Below, piece after piece: positions 20,530 to 29,541 of a DNA stretch of 64,000 bases; positions within the stretch are counted from its first letter, which is position 1, and each line of letters begins with the position of its first letter. A model generated the notes under the pieces. It ran no database searches, was not told where the DNA came from, and saw only the letters and a list, made by a program, of their open reading frames with translations. The position numbers and the translations under genes were made by a program. Source of the stretch: a bacterium (GTDB taxonomy: Bacteria > Zixibacteria > MSB-5A5 > GN15 > FEB-12); contig JBDRNJ010000084.1 of assembly GCA_043811375.1 (NCBI GenBank), forward strand, positions 1-64,000, read 5' to 3'.

Positions 20530-20789
20530 CTTAATCCATCCCTTTCATCTTTTCGTTGTTTGAAAGAGACAAGTTACGCCAAATCGCCCGCCAGACAAGC
20601 GCAAAATGGATGTGGTGGTGGATGCCCGGAGGTCAGTTGTTGAGGCCTGTGGCGGGGGCGGGGATACGGCCGCCGCGAAACAAGTCCGCCAAAAGCGGAC
20701 GCCTCATGCGGACGACTTAGTGATATCACCCATGAGCGTATCTGCTTTGTTGTTCGCTGTTCAGTATTTGCGGATCTCGGATAGAGAGC

Positions 20790-20818
20790 TTGACAATCCC
20801 CTCTTATCCATACATAAT
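20790..20818 (+). promoter_or_regulatory. sigma70-type promoter of the caspase-kinase gene
   Basis: TTGACA-17 nt-CATAAT. GGAGGAG RBS before ATG 20914. Confidence 0.7.
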
Positions 20819-20913
20819 ACGACGAGTTCGTGAACGAGTACACAAAAGTGTAACAGAAAGAGCCTTCTTCGGCTCATAGCCTGATAGGACTGCTGTCTGG
20901 GGAGGAGCAAACC

Positions 20914-23139
20914 ATGACCAGAAGGAAAGCTTTGGTCATCGGGATTGACAAATATCCCGAAAGCCCTTTAAGAAACTGCGAAAGCGATGCTCAAGAGGTG
21001 GGCGATATACTTGGTTTTCCCGAATATAACTTCGAGGTGAAAACTCTACTGAATGCAAATGCTACTAGGCGAGAGATCCTGGGGCACCTAAATGAGCTTT
21101 TTGAAGATGAACCGGAGTTTGCGGTCTTTTATTTCGCAGGACACGGAATGACAAATGAGTTAACTACTTACCTTGTTTCTGTAGACACCGATGACATAGA
21201 TCCGGGCATTGATTTGGACTACTTGAGGCGGTTAGTAAAAAGTAGGGCCGGGCTTGGTCGCTCCATAATCATACTGCTAGATTGCTGTCATTCTGGATCT
21301 GCCAATATACGTAGTTCAAGAAACACTAATCTGAGATTTGCAAGTAACCAAGACATTGACTCACTTATGCATTCTCTAGGATCAAGTACTGTGGTTATTG
21401 CAGCATGCCAGCCACAGGAGTTGGCCTATGAAGAACCTTCGTTGGAGCATGGTGTGTTTACATTTTATTTGTTGGAGGGTATGTATGGCGATGCAGCTGA
21501 TCATAACGGCAGCATTACCGCTCTGAATCTTTATGAGTATGTTTCTCAAAGACTTGAAAAGGTTACAAATCAGACGCCGGTCTTCAAGGGTGATATAATA
21601 GGTCGGAATGTGTTGGCAACCGGTCTGAAACCTCGCGACGCTACTGTACTTCCTAGCGATGAAGCCAGGAGAATCGAGATCACCGCGGAGAACATGATCA
21701 ATGAATACATTCAGCTAACATCCGTAGATCTATCGTCCTGGGATAGGAATGTATACAAACATGCCAGTTCCGCTCTAGAGCCCAAGTTGCGTTGGTTTAA
21801 CAAGCAGCTTCTAAAGTATCCGAGTTTATCGAAAAGCCAGATATTCAAATCTGCTTTTTCGACCGCACAGGCAAAACGAGCAGATTTGGGCCATCTGAAA
21901 GAAGGACTTAACGCCGGAATCGGTACCATTGGAGCCAAGCTGGGTTCCGGGACTTTCGGCACAGTCTGGCAGGTGAAGACTGACGAAAATTATGATCTTG
22001 CTTATAAAGTTTATCACCCGATGGATCTGGAAAATCAAGAAAAATTGGCGCGTTTTTACCGCGGTTACCGAGCTATGCAGCAGCTGGACCATCCTCATGT
22101 CGTCAAAGTATATAGTTATACCGAATGCCCAATCGGCTTTACGATGCAGCTGATAAAAGGTCCTAATCTGAGAGACTTTGTGTACATGGATGCGAATCCT
22201 GAGGAGATCATACACCAACTCTTGGACGTGGGCGAAACGCTAAAGCATGCGCATTCCAGGGGGGTTATTCATAGAGATGTAAAACCGGAAAACATAATAG
22301 TGAGCTCTGAAAAAGAAGAGGGTGATACGGCCAATCGCCCATACTTAACTGACTTCGACTTGGCATGGTTTAGCACCGCGACTCAGTTTACGAAAGAAGG
22401 AGTAGGTAGCCTCATCTATGCGGCCCCTGAGCAATTGTCCAAACCACAATCAAATGTAGCACATGCTGTAACAACAGATGTTTACGCTTTTGGGCAGCTA
22501 TGTTTTTTCTTCTTGTGCAGGAGGGATCCAGTTCCTGGGCTTGCCGATAACTCACGCGCTCTGAGAGAATCTGTGATAACCTGGAGTACTGAAGAGCCGG
22601 CCCAGAAAATGGTGCAACTCTATGAACAGTGCACCCAGATAAAACCAGGGAACCGAATCCAGGATTTCCGAGACCTTTGCGATCAACTCTTTGAAATCCA
22701 TCAGCTCATTACGGAACATGACCACAGGAGAATAATCGGCTTCGATCGGTTTGCAAAGCAACTCATGTTCTCAATTATAGGTTTGTCTCCTGATTGGAAG
22801 ATTTCGGACACCGTGTTTTTCACTAAAACTAGACACTATAGAGTGTCTATGAACTATTCTGATGCGTCGCGGGGGAAATGCACTATTGGACTGGAGATAT
22901 TTGCTGAGGTACCACATATGGGAGATGGGAGTATTACCTATCAGCAACGCCGCAGGAAGTTGAACAGGAGGATTGATTCGGTTTTGAAATCATATCAGAA
23001 CCGGGTAGTCCGACGGGCGGGGAAGGTGGCACCGTTCTCTATCACTCTATTCATTAACAAAATACAATTGAACACGGACGGTGTTGAATTCTGCCGCCAA
23101 ATCCTCATGAGGGTCATAAACTGTTTAGAAGGCAATTAA
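20914..23139 (+). CDS. Caspase-like (peptidase C14) protease fused to a Ser/Thr protein kinase domain
   Basis: ALVIGIDKY, FAGHG (His), LDCCHSG (Cys) and GVFTFYLLEG. Kinase motifs GSGTFG, LAYK, HRDVKPEN, DFD and YAAPE. Confidence 0.9.
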   Translation: MTRRKALVIGIDKYPESPLRNCESDAQEVGDILGFPEYNFEVKTLLNANATRREILGHLNELFEDEPEFAVFYFAGHGMTNELTTYLVSVDTDDIDPGIDLDYLRRLVKSRAGLGRSIIILLDCCHSGSANIRSSRNTNLRFASNQDIDSLMHSLGSSTVVIAACQPQELAYEEPSLEHGVFTFYLLEGMYGDAADHNGSITALNLYEYVSQRLEKVTNQTPVFKGDIIGRNVLATGLKPRDATVLPSDEARRIEITAENMINEYIQLTSVDLSSWDRNVYKHASSALEPKLRWFNKQLLKYPSLSKSQIFKSAFSTAQAKRADLGHLKEGLNAGIGTIGAKLGSGTFGTVWQVKTDENYDLAYKVYHPMDLENQEKLARFYRGYRAMQQLDHPHVVKVYSYTECPIGFTMQLIKGPNLRDFVYMDANPEEIIHQLLDVGETLKHAHSRGVIHRDVKPENIIVSSEKEEGDTANRPYLTDFDLAWFSTATQFTKEGVGSLIYAAPEQLSKPQSNVAHAVTTDVYAFGQLCFFFLCRRDPVPGLADNSRALRESVITWSTEEPAQKMVQLYEQCTQIKPGNRIQDFRDLCDQLFEIHQLITEHDHRRIIGFDRFAKQLMFSIIGLSPDWKISDTVFFTKTRHYRVSMNYSDASRGKCTIGLEIFAEVPHMGDGSITYQQRRRKLNRRIDSVLKSYQNRVVRRAGKVAPFSITLFINKIQLNTDGVEFCRQILMRVINCLEGN

Positions 23140-23392
23140 CCCAGCATACATTCGTGTCGCATCTATTTGGATTGACTTTTAGCAGCTTGAACCTGCATGG
23201 ATTTAAGAACGGATAGCGGCGCATCCGCAAGTGATTAACAATCAACGTATTGCGCCCTGAACCAAACGTCTGGCGCGGATTAGTGCACTTGTTACTTTGA
23301 CTCTTTTTTGATCGTTTTGGACAGTTCATGCTCAAGAATTGGCGGCATCGAACTGAACAAATCTAAGAATATGTTACACTTTCTCCCGCTTG

Positions 23393-24622
23393 TTAGTGTG
23401 TTTCTTTGTACTTCTTCAGCACACCGATTACGTAGTCGATGTCGGCTTCAGTATGAGAGGCGCTGACCTGGAATCTGATCTCTTCGTCGCCTTTGGGAAC
23501 TACCGGGAAATTCAAGCCCGTGGCCAACACGCCATTTTGCGTCAGAAATTTCACAAGATCGGTAGTTTTTTGTGTATCTCTGACCATCAGCGGTACCACC
23601 GGATGAGGGCCTTCAATAGTTTCATAACCGGCGTCTTTCAAACCGGTTTCGAACCTCAGGGTCATCTTGCCGAGATGCTCCAGTATTTTGAGGCCTTCCG
23701 GGCTGTCGAGGATGTTAATGGCCTTCATGGCGGCAGATGCTTCCGAAACGGTTATCGGGTTGGAGTAGATGTACATGGGGGCCGTCTCACGCAGGTACTC
23801 AATTATGGTTGCCGACGACGTCACAAAGCCACCATTCACACCGAAGGCCTTACCCAACGTGCCGATCATTATGTCAACCCTGGTATTCAGGTACTCTTCC
23901 GTCCCTCTACCCGTCTTTCCTAAAGCGCCAATACCATGAGAATCATCCACAATAGAAATCACGCCTTCTTCAAACTCACTGTCATACTTTTTGCAGATTT
24001 CGACCAGCTTGTCCAGTGGAGCATAATCACCTCTCATGCTGAAAATGCCGTCCGTAACAACCAGGGCTCTTTTTCCTTTACCAATGCTGTCTTTCAGCTT
24101 GGCCTCAAAATCCGCCATGTCGTTGTGTTTGTATATGAACTTACCGGCCGGTCGGGAAAGTCTCATTGACTGGATGATGCAGTTGTGGTTCAGTTCATCG
24201 CTGACGAAGACGGTTTCTTTTGTCGTCAATGGTACGATAACGCCCATGCTCGTTACGTAAGCTGAGCTAAAGAGCATGGCTGCTTCCCGATCAAGGAACG
24301 TCGATATTTTCTTTTCCAATTCAATGTGTGCTTGATACGTACCGCTGATAAACCGGACAGATCCCGGTCCGACGCCGAACTGCCTGGCGGCTTCTTCTTC
24401 CGCTTCGATGACATCTTTACGAAGGGACATCCCCAGATAGGAATTGGCATTCATCTTGATGAATTCTTTATCCCCCTCACCTTCGATAAAGTAGCGAGCT
24501 CCGTTTTTGCCTCCTGCCAGCTTCACGCCGGTGATGACCATCTCTTTACCTTTGGCGGTGCCTTTTGCCTTGAGTTCATTTAAGTCTCGGTCTAAAGCAC
24601 TGTTTAATTTTGTTACTGACAT
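23393..24622 (-). CDS. kbl: Glycine C-acetyltransferase (2-amino-3-ketobutyrate CoA ligase)
   Basis: ANSYLG, VRFISGT, SDELNHNCI, DGIFSMRG, DDSHG, GTLGKA and IRFQVSA motifs. Adjacent to threonine dehydrogenase. Confidence 0.88.
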   Translation of the reverse strand: MSVTKLNSALDRDLNELKAKGTAKGKEMVITGVKLAGGKNGARYFIEGEGDKEFIKMNANSYLGMSLRKDVIEAEEEAARQFGVGPGSVRFISGTYQAHIELEKKISTFLDREAAMLFSSAYVTSMGVIVPLTTKETVFVSDELNHNCIIQSMRLSRPAGKFIYKHNDMADFEAKLKDSIGKGKRALVVTDGIFSMRGDYAPLDKLVEICKKYDSEFEEGVISIVDDSHGIGALGKTGRGTEEYLNTRVDIMIGTLGKAFGVNGGFVTSSATIIEYLRETAPMYIYSNPITVSEASAAMKAINILDSPEGLKILEHLGKMTLRFETGLKDAGYETIEGPHPVVPLMVRDTQKTTDLVKFLTQNGVLATGLNFPVVPKGDEEIRFQVSASHTEADIDYVIGVLKKYKETH

Positions 24623-24684
24623 TACGGCTCCTGTAGATTTATCCGTTACAAAACATTTTGTTCATTTTCGTGGTTTGAATATTC

Positions 24685-25635
24685 TTATTTAAGCTTCTTC
24701 GAAAGCACCTCTATCATATCCTTTGTCATTTCGGGGAGTGTGTATTCAGGTTTCCACCCCCATTCTTCCCTGGCTGCGGAATCGTCCATATTGTTGGGCC
24801 AGCTATTTGCTATCGCCTGCTTGACAGGGTCGACATCGTAATCAATTGTGAATTCCGGTATTATCTTTTTGATCTCAGCCGCGAGAATCTCCGGATCAAA
24901 ACTCATGGCAGTAACATTGAATGCATTTCTGTGCTTTAATTTGCCCGGGTCCGCTTCCATTAAATCAATGGCAGCCTTGATGGCATCCGGCATGTACATC
25001 ATATCCAGGAATGTTCCGGCACCAAGATTACAGGTATATTTCTTATTCTTAATGGCTTCGTAGTATATTTCCACCGCGTAGTCCGTGGTACCGCCCCCCG
25101 GTAACGTTTCATTGGATATAATTCCGGGGTAGCGAACTCCGCGTGTATCGACACCAAATCTCTTGTGATAATAATCACAGAGCAATTCCCCTGCGACCTT
25201 GGTCACACCATACATTGTATTAGGACGCTGAATCGTGTCCTGGGGTGTGTCATCCATAGGAGTAGATGGACCGAAGGCGCCAATTGAACTTGGGACGAAA
25301 ACCGCACATTCATTCTCGCGAGCCACTTCCAGGACATTGTAAAGTCCGTTGATATTCACATCCCATGCAAGCTGCGGATTGGCTTCTGCAACTGCCGAGA
25401 GTATCGCGGCAAGATGAAAGATGGTATCTACGTCGTATTTCTTGACGACACTTCTTAACGTATCCATGTCCGTGCAGTCGACAACTTCAAATGGTCCTGA
25501 ATCCAGCAGTTTTTCACTTGGTTTGGTTTTTCTTCCTCCGGCTACAACATTGTCATTGCCGTACCTTTTGCGCAATTCCATTGTCAGCTCAGACCCGATC
25601 TGTCCGACTGACCCCGTTACTAAGATTTTTTTCAT
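24685..25635 (-). CDS. tdh: L-threonine 3-dehydrogenase (SDR/epimerase type)
   Basis: TGSVGQIG, PSSIGAFGP, MYGVTK, PGGGTTDYAV and MMYMPDA motifs. Confidence 0.88.
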   Translation of the reverse strand: MKKILVTGSVGQIGSELTMELRKRYGNDNVVAGGRKTKPSEKLLDSGPFEVVDCTDMDTLRSVVKKYDVDTIFHLAAILSAVAEANPQLAWDVNINGLYNVLEVARENECAVFVPSSIGAFGPSTPMDDTPQDTIQRPNTMYGVTKVAGELLCDYYHKRFGVDTRGVRYPGIISNETLPGGGTTDYAVEIYYEAIKNKKYTCNLGAGTFLDMMYMPDAIKAAIDLMEADPGKLKHRNAFNVTAMSFDPEILAAEIKKIIPEFTIDYDVDPVKQAIANSWPNNMDDSAAREEWGWKPEYTLPEMTKDMIEVLSKKLK

Positions 25636-25724
25636 CTCGCATTACCTCAATATGTTTCAATACAACTATTCAATTTACAGTATCGCGATCCTCACAGGTA
25701 AAGTACATGAGAACACGTTGAGTA

Positions 25725-25753
25725 ATCGTAATCAATAGAGCAGAGATTGTCAA
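25725..25753 (-). promoter_or_regulatory. sigma70-type promoter for tdh-kbl
   Basis: Minus strand TTGACA-17 nt-TACGAT. Confidence 0.65.
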
Positions 25754-25822
25754 ACGGAAAGCAGGCGAATCCGGGCGATTCGAGTGGGGGTTTACTCATA
25801 GTATAGCAATCAGTTAGGTGTT

Positions 25823-25887
25823 GTAGGGCAGGTCTGGCACAGACCTGCCATCTGTCACACCTGGATTCCTGCTTTCGCAGGAATGAC
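25823..25887. repeat. GTAG REP plus a GTCATTCC..GGAATCCAG-type palindrome
   Basis: GTAGGGCAGGTCTGGCACAGACCTGCC (25823-25849) and CTGGATTCCTGCTTTCGCAGGAATGAC (25861-25887). Confidence 0.75.
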
Positions 25888-25962
25888 CCCACTGGTTCTG
25901 ACATGCTGCACCCAGCCCCAGCCCAGACTAAGATTGGATTCGGAACCCGACCTTAGTTTTAT

Positions 25963-26121
25963 TCAACTTGAATCTGAATCACCGTCTTCGTCGTCGCGGC
26001 AGGACAATCGCTCGCGGAAGTTACCACTTGTGATGTAAAGCACTGCCGCTGCGACCAGCGCCAGGCCGCAGACAATCAATACCACATGGTACCATCTGAT
26101 TTCACGTACGCTTATTATCAC
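25963..26121 (-). CDS. Small single-pass membrane protein (52 aa, not in the ORF track)
   Basis: GGAGGTG RBS then GTG. Translation MIISVREIRWYHVVLIVCGLALVAAAVLYITSGNFRERLSCRDDEDGDSDSS. A hairpin follows the stop. Confidence 0.7.
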   Translation of the reverse strand: MIISVREIRWYHVVLIVCGLALVAAAVLYITSGNFRERLSCRDDEDGDSDSS

Positions 26122-26351
26122 GCTTACACCTCCAGTGTTTTCTTTCTATTTTAATCGTAGAAACCCACCTGAAAGATGTGCCACCCCGGAGTTTTGAGTT
26201 TCGATGAGTCTGAGAGCGTTTCTGGACATAGATTAAAAATAATCGATCGATGGACAAAAGCAAATCGATTTGAGCGGTACCGCCATAAACACATCAGCAA
26301 TCAGCCGGTCCCTGTAACCAAATGGCCGCTCGATGGAGTACCTTGCCGGGT

Positions 26352-26402
26352 AAATTAAAATGAGACGCCGCTCACACTCCCCTCGAATGTGAGGCGGCGT
26401 CT
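26352..26402 (-). terminator. Probable intrinsic terminator of the putative sRNA
   Basis: AGACGCCGC-C-TCACA...TGTGA-GCGGCGTCT stem followed by CATTTTAATTT on the minus strand. Confidence 0.65.
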
Positions 26403-26460
26403 GCCAAAGAGAAAGAATAAAACCAAGCACCAACAACAGCGCTGGAGCAAAAATGACACT
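26352..26460 (-). ncRNA. Putative sigma54-dependent small RNA (~105 nt)
   Basis: Bounded by a sigma54 promoter and a terminator. U-rich, low-structure 5' half with no RBS-led ORF inside. Confidence 0.5.
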
Positions 26461-26469
26461 ATACGTTGT

Positions 26470-26485
26470 AGCAATGTCGGTGCCG
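26470..26485 (-). promoter_or_regulatory. sigma54 (-24/-12) promoter
   Basis: Minus strand CGGCACCGACATTGCT: GG-N10-GC with GGCAC and TTGCT consensus blocks, adjacent to a bEBP gene. Confidence 0.75.
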
Positions 26486-26583
26486 CTTGTCTCAGTGGAC
26501 CCGTCCAATGGTGTTATCTAATTGTGCTGCAATGGATTGGTTTGTAACTGTCGGGCTCTCGGGGTAGTAAAAGAGTCGGTGAG

Positions 26584-26599
26584 TCGTATGATTATACGA
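26584..26599. promoter_or_regulatory. Candidate upstream activator sequence (bEBP binding site)
   Basis: Perfect dyad TCGTAT-GATT-ATACGA centred about 130 bp upstream of the predicted sigma54 start site. Confidence 0.4.
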
Positions 26600-26609
26600 A
26601 ACCTGTCGC

Positions 26610-26651
26610 AAAAAAAGACGGTAAACGCTTGTTTGTCAAACGTTTACCGTT
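26610..26651 (-). terminator. Intrinsic terminator downstream of the activator gene
   Basis: ACGGTAAACG...CGTTTACCGT stem followed by C and T7 on the minus strand. Confidence 0.7.
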
Positions 26652-26818
26652 ATTGCACAGCAACTCGTACACATCGTATCCGCTCACGACCGGCAAGATC
26701 AGCGATACTATCACCCACAGCCAACAAGTGCTGATCCGGCCGTACGGCCAGCTACCGGTTACCACACGGTGTCAAGACTGCTGATTGCAGTTGTCCGCTT
26801 TTCAATTAGAGAACCGTC

Positions 26819-29074
26819 TCAGTGGACGACACCTCCTTCCAGATTGATCTGGTACCGTCTCACTTTTGTTCGAATAGTCGCCTCGTGGATTCCCAACATG
26901 CGGGCCGCCTCGGACTTGTTGCCGCGGCTGGCCAGCAAAGCTTCGACTATCATCCGACGTTCCAGTTGCTCGACCCGCTCGAACAGTGATTGGGCAACCT
27001 GCTCCCGTTCGGGCGAAAAGATTGATCGTGACAACTCGACCAGGTCGCCTTCTTTCACCAGTTCAACCATGACTTCCAGTTGTCTGACCTTGTTGAGCAG
27101 TTCGCGGGTGTTGCCGGGCCAGTTATGCTCGATAAACTGGTGCACCAGTTCGGTCGGAGGCGGGCCGTTGCTTTTAAGCAGCCGGCTGTTTGCCATGAAG
27201 TGTGCCAACAGAAGCGGGATATCCTCTTTCCGCTCGCGCAGGGCCGGGAGATGGAAAGCGAATCCGCTCAGTCGGTAGAACAGGTCGCGTCTGAACTCGC
27301 CCCGATCGACCTTCTCTTCGAGATTATTGTTGGTGGCCACAACCAGCTTGATATCAAGCTGTACTTCCTCGGTGGAGCCCAGCGGCATAACTCGGCGCGT
27401 TTCCAACACTCCCAGCAGTTTGGCCTGAAGTACCAACGGCATATCGCCAATCTCATCCAGGTAGAGAACACCTTGATTGGCGGTCACGAACAGGCCCGGT
27501 TTGTCGCTATCGGCTCCAGTGAAGGCGCCCCGACGGTAACCGAACAGTTCCGATTCCAGAAGCGTTTCCGGAAAGGAAGCACAATTGACCGCAACCAGGG
27601 GAGCCTGTGGACGCACCAGTGAATGATAGTGGCGAGCCAGATGATCCTTGCCGACGCCGGTTTCTCCGGTCAAGAGCAACGGCAGATCGGATCGGCCGAT
27701 GGCCGGCAATTGCGACAGGAAACGCTTGATGACCGGGCAGGCCGTCAGGTAATCGTTCGAGTTGACCCGGCCAACAGAACCTGTGGTCGGATCAGCAACT
27801 GAAGAGGTAAGCGGATAATCGATCCCGTTGATTATCTTCTCCACCTCTTGAATTCCGGCCGTCAGAGCATGACGACGGTAGAACTCTTCGGCTCGGAAGA
27901 GGTAGACCAGCCGCTGTCTGTCAGGGAAGAGATTCGATTGACCGGCCTGGACCAGCGTCCGGGCCAGTTCGAAGCGTACTCCGCTCTCACGAATGAGTTC
28001 CAGGGCTTGAGCAAAGTACTCCCGTCCTTCGGACTCGTTACCGTCGGCTTCGGCTATGACAGCCTTGATTCTCAGTAGAGCGCCGATCTCAACGCTGTTG
28101 CCGGCCCGGTCCATGATAGCCATGGCTTTGGAAGCGCACTGTCGGGCAGCCGAAAATTCCTGCTTCAGCAGGTGCAGTTCGGCCAGGTGTCTCAGCACGC
28201 GTGCCGTCAGAGTCGTGTTGGGAGTTATTTCCTCCGCCAGTCGGCGGGCGCTGTCCAGCGCCTGCTGCGCCTCCGGCAAGCGACCCCAGCGATAGTAGAG
28301 CTCACCCCGGTAGGTCAGGCTGATTACTTCGTTGCGTCGCCCGTTAAGGGCAGCTATCTGCCGGTCGGCTTTGTCAAGCATTTGCTCGGCCTCACTGAAC
28401 CGGTCCTGCCGGATATAGACATATCCCAGAGCAATGCCGGCCCGGATCGTTTCCGAGGTGTCGCCCAGTTCCCCGGAGAGATCAACATTCATCTGAAGAT
28501 GTTCTTCAGCTTTGCTGAAATCTCCCAGGAAAGTATGGATGCGACCGATATTACCCATCATGTACGCCAGTTTCCGTTCATCGCCCAGTTTCCGAATAAT
28601 TTCCACGGCGTCGGTCAGCACCGAAAGCGCGTTGCGGTAGTCGGACTGTTTGTAAAACAGACCGGCCAGCAAATTCAGCGCCCGGCTCTGACCTTCAGGA
28701 GAGTCCTGACGTCGGAAGATTGATTCGGCATCCCGGAAAGCCTTTTCCGCCTCTTTGAACTCGCACATGTCGCGCAGGATGCCGCCGAGCGTAAGGAACG
28801 TCTCGGCCAGATCCCGGCTGTCGCCTTCCTGCGCCACCCGATTCTGCGCCAGTCGCGCTGTTTTCAAAGCGGTCGGGTAGTTCGAGAGAGAAGCGTAGGC
28901 TTCGGCTGCATGACGAAGAACTGATCCGGCCGGCGCACCAGCCGCGGCCTCAAGCTCTACCCGGTTGTCTTCGTAGAACTTGACGGCGGCGGTGAAGTCC
29001 CGCTTCTGGATCAGACACGCCATGTAGTGATTCATGGCGTGGCGGAAGTCACAACCTTTATGTGCCTTCTTCAT
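26819..29074 (-). CDS. sigma54-dependent enhancer-binding protein with N-terminal TPR array and Fis-type HTH
   Basis: About 400 aa of TPR-like helical repeats (e.g. ALNLLAGLFYKQSDYRNAL, MGNIGRIHTFLGDFSKAEEH). AAA+ motifs GETGVGK, ESELFG..GAFTGA, LDEIG, FRRDLFYRL and WPGNTREL. HTH GNKSEAARMLGI. Confidence 0.95.
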   Translation of the reverse strand: MKKAHKGCDFRHAMNHYMACLIQKRDFTAAVKFYEDNRVELEAAAGAPAGSVLRHAAEAYASLSNYPTALKTARLAQNRVAQEGDSRDLAETFLTLGGILRDMCEFKEAEKAFRDAESIFRRQDSPEGQSRALNLLAGLFYKQSDYRNALSVLTDAVEIIRKLGDERKLAYMMGNIGRIHTFLGDFSKAEEHLQMNVDLSGELGDTSETIRAGIALGYVYIRQDRFSEAEQMLDKADRQIAALNGRRNEVISLTYRGELYYRWGRLPEAQQALDSARRLAEEITPNTTLTARVLRHLAELHLLKQEFSAARQCASKAMAIMDRAGNSVEIGALLRIKAVIAEADGNESEGREYFAQALELIRESGVRFELARTLVQAGQSNLFPDRQRLVYLFRAEEFYRRHALTAGIQEVEKIINGIDYPLTSSVADPTTGSVGRVNSNDYLTACPVIKRFLSQLPAIGRSDLPLLLTGETGVGKDHLARHYHSLVRPQAPLVAVNCASFPETLLESELFGYRRGAFTGADSDKPGLFVTANQGVLYLDEIGDMPLVLQAKLLGVLETRRVMPLGSTEEVQLDIKLVVATNNNLEEKVDRGEFRRDLFYRLSGFAFHLPALRERKEDIPLLLAHFMANSRLLKSNGPPPTELVHQFIEHNWPGNTRELLNKVRQLEVMVELVKEGDLVELSRSIFSPEREQVAQSLFERVEQLERRMIVEALLASRGNKSEAARMLGIHEATIRTKVRRYQINLEGGVVH

Positions 29075-29436
29075 CTCGTGTTACCCTTGTTGTTATCAGT
29101 CGGATTCGAATCTTCCTCCTGATTTCCTCCGTTGGGAATGATGTAAAAGTGGGTTTTCCGGTTCATACTCCTGTTCCAGGAGTCACCGTAGAACCAATCA
29201 CCAAAAACGATGTTGATCAGCAAATCCAGGTGTGTGAAACTCGATCCCACCGGGACAAAACCTCCGCTGCCGGGGGCCAGATCGATACTGCCATCCCAGC
29301 GCTGTTCGCCTCCCCAGGTGTGATCATCACCCCGGGACGGGTCCTTGTAGTTGTAAGGCTGTTCTCTGGAGAACGAGACGTCCGACACGACCAGGACCAG
29401 CAACAGCGCAATTGCAATTGTAAACACGCGCTTCAT
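29071..29436 (-). CDS. Small secreted protein / candidate signalling pre-propeptide
   Basis: Sec signal MKRVFTIAIALLLVLVVSDVSFS followed by a G/D/N-rich region with GDDHTWGGEQ. AAGGAG RBS. ATGA overlap with the activator start. Confidence 0.8.
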   Translation of the reverse strand: MKRVFTIAIALLLVLVVSDVSFSREQPYNYKDPSRGDDHTWGGEQRWDGSIDLAPGSGGFVPVGSSFTHLDLLINIVFGDWFYGDSWNRSMNRKTHFYIIPNGGNQEEDSNPTDNNKGNTR

Positions 29437-29541
29437 AAGAGCACTCCTTGTATTATGTTTATTACATCATATTTTTATTCGTGAGTGTGGTGAAAGCTTC
29501 AAAGCATGGTCGGGTTCTACGGACACCTCGACCGCAACTTA

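Noticed and set aside
26157..26164. GTTTCTAC (minus strand) resembling the purine riboswitch core
   Set aside because: The flanking P2/P3 stems and loop motifs are not present, and the purine permease gene is elsewhere.
26169..26183. Second sigma54-like site TGGCACATCTTTCAG upstream of the 52-aa ORF
   Set aside because: Good -24 block, but the -12 position is AG rather than GC.
26233..26508. 91-aa minus-strand ORF from the track
   Set aside because: TTG start without an RBS, and it runs across the sigma54 promoter and terminator hairpin. Its hydrophobic stretch just reflects the U-rich RNA. Not fully excluded.
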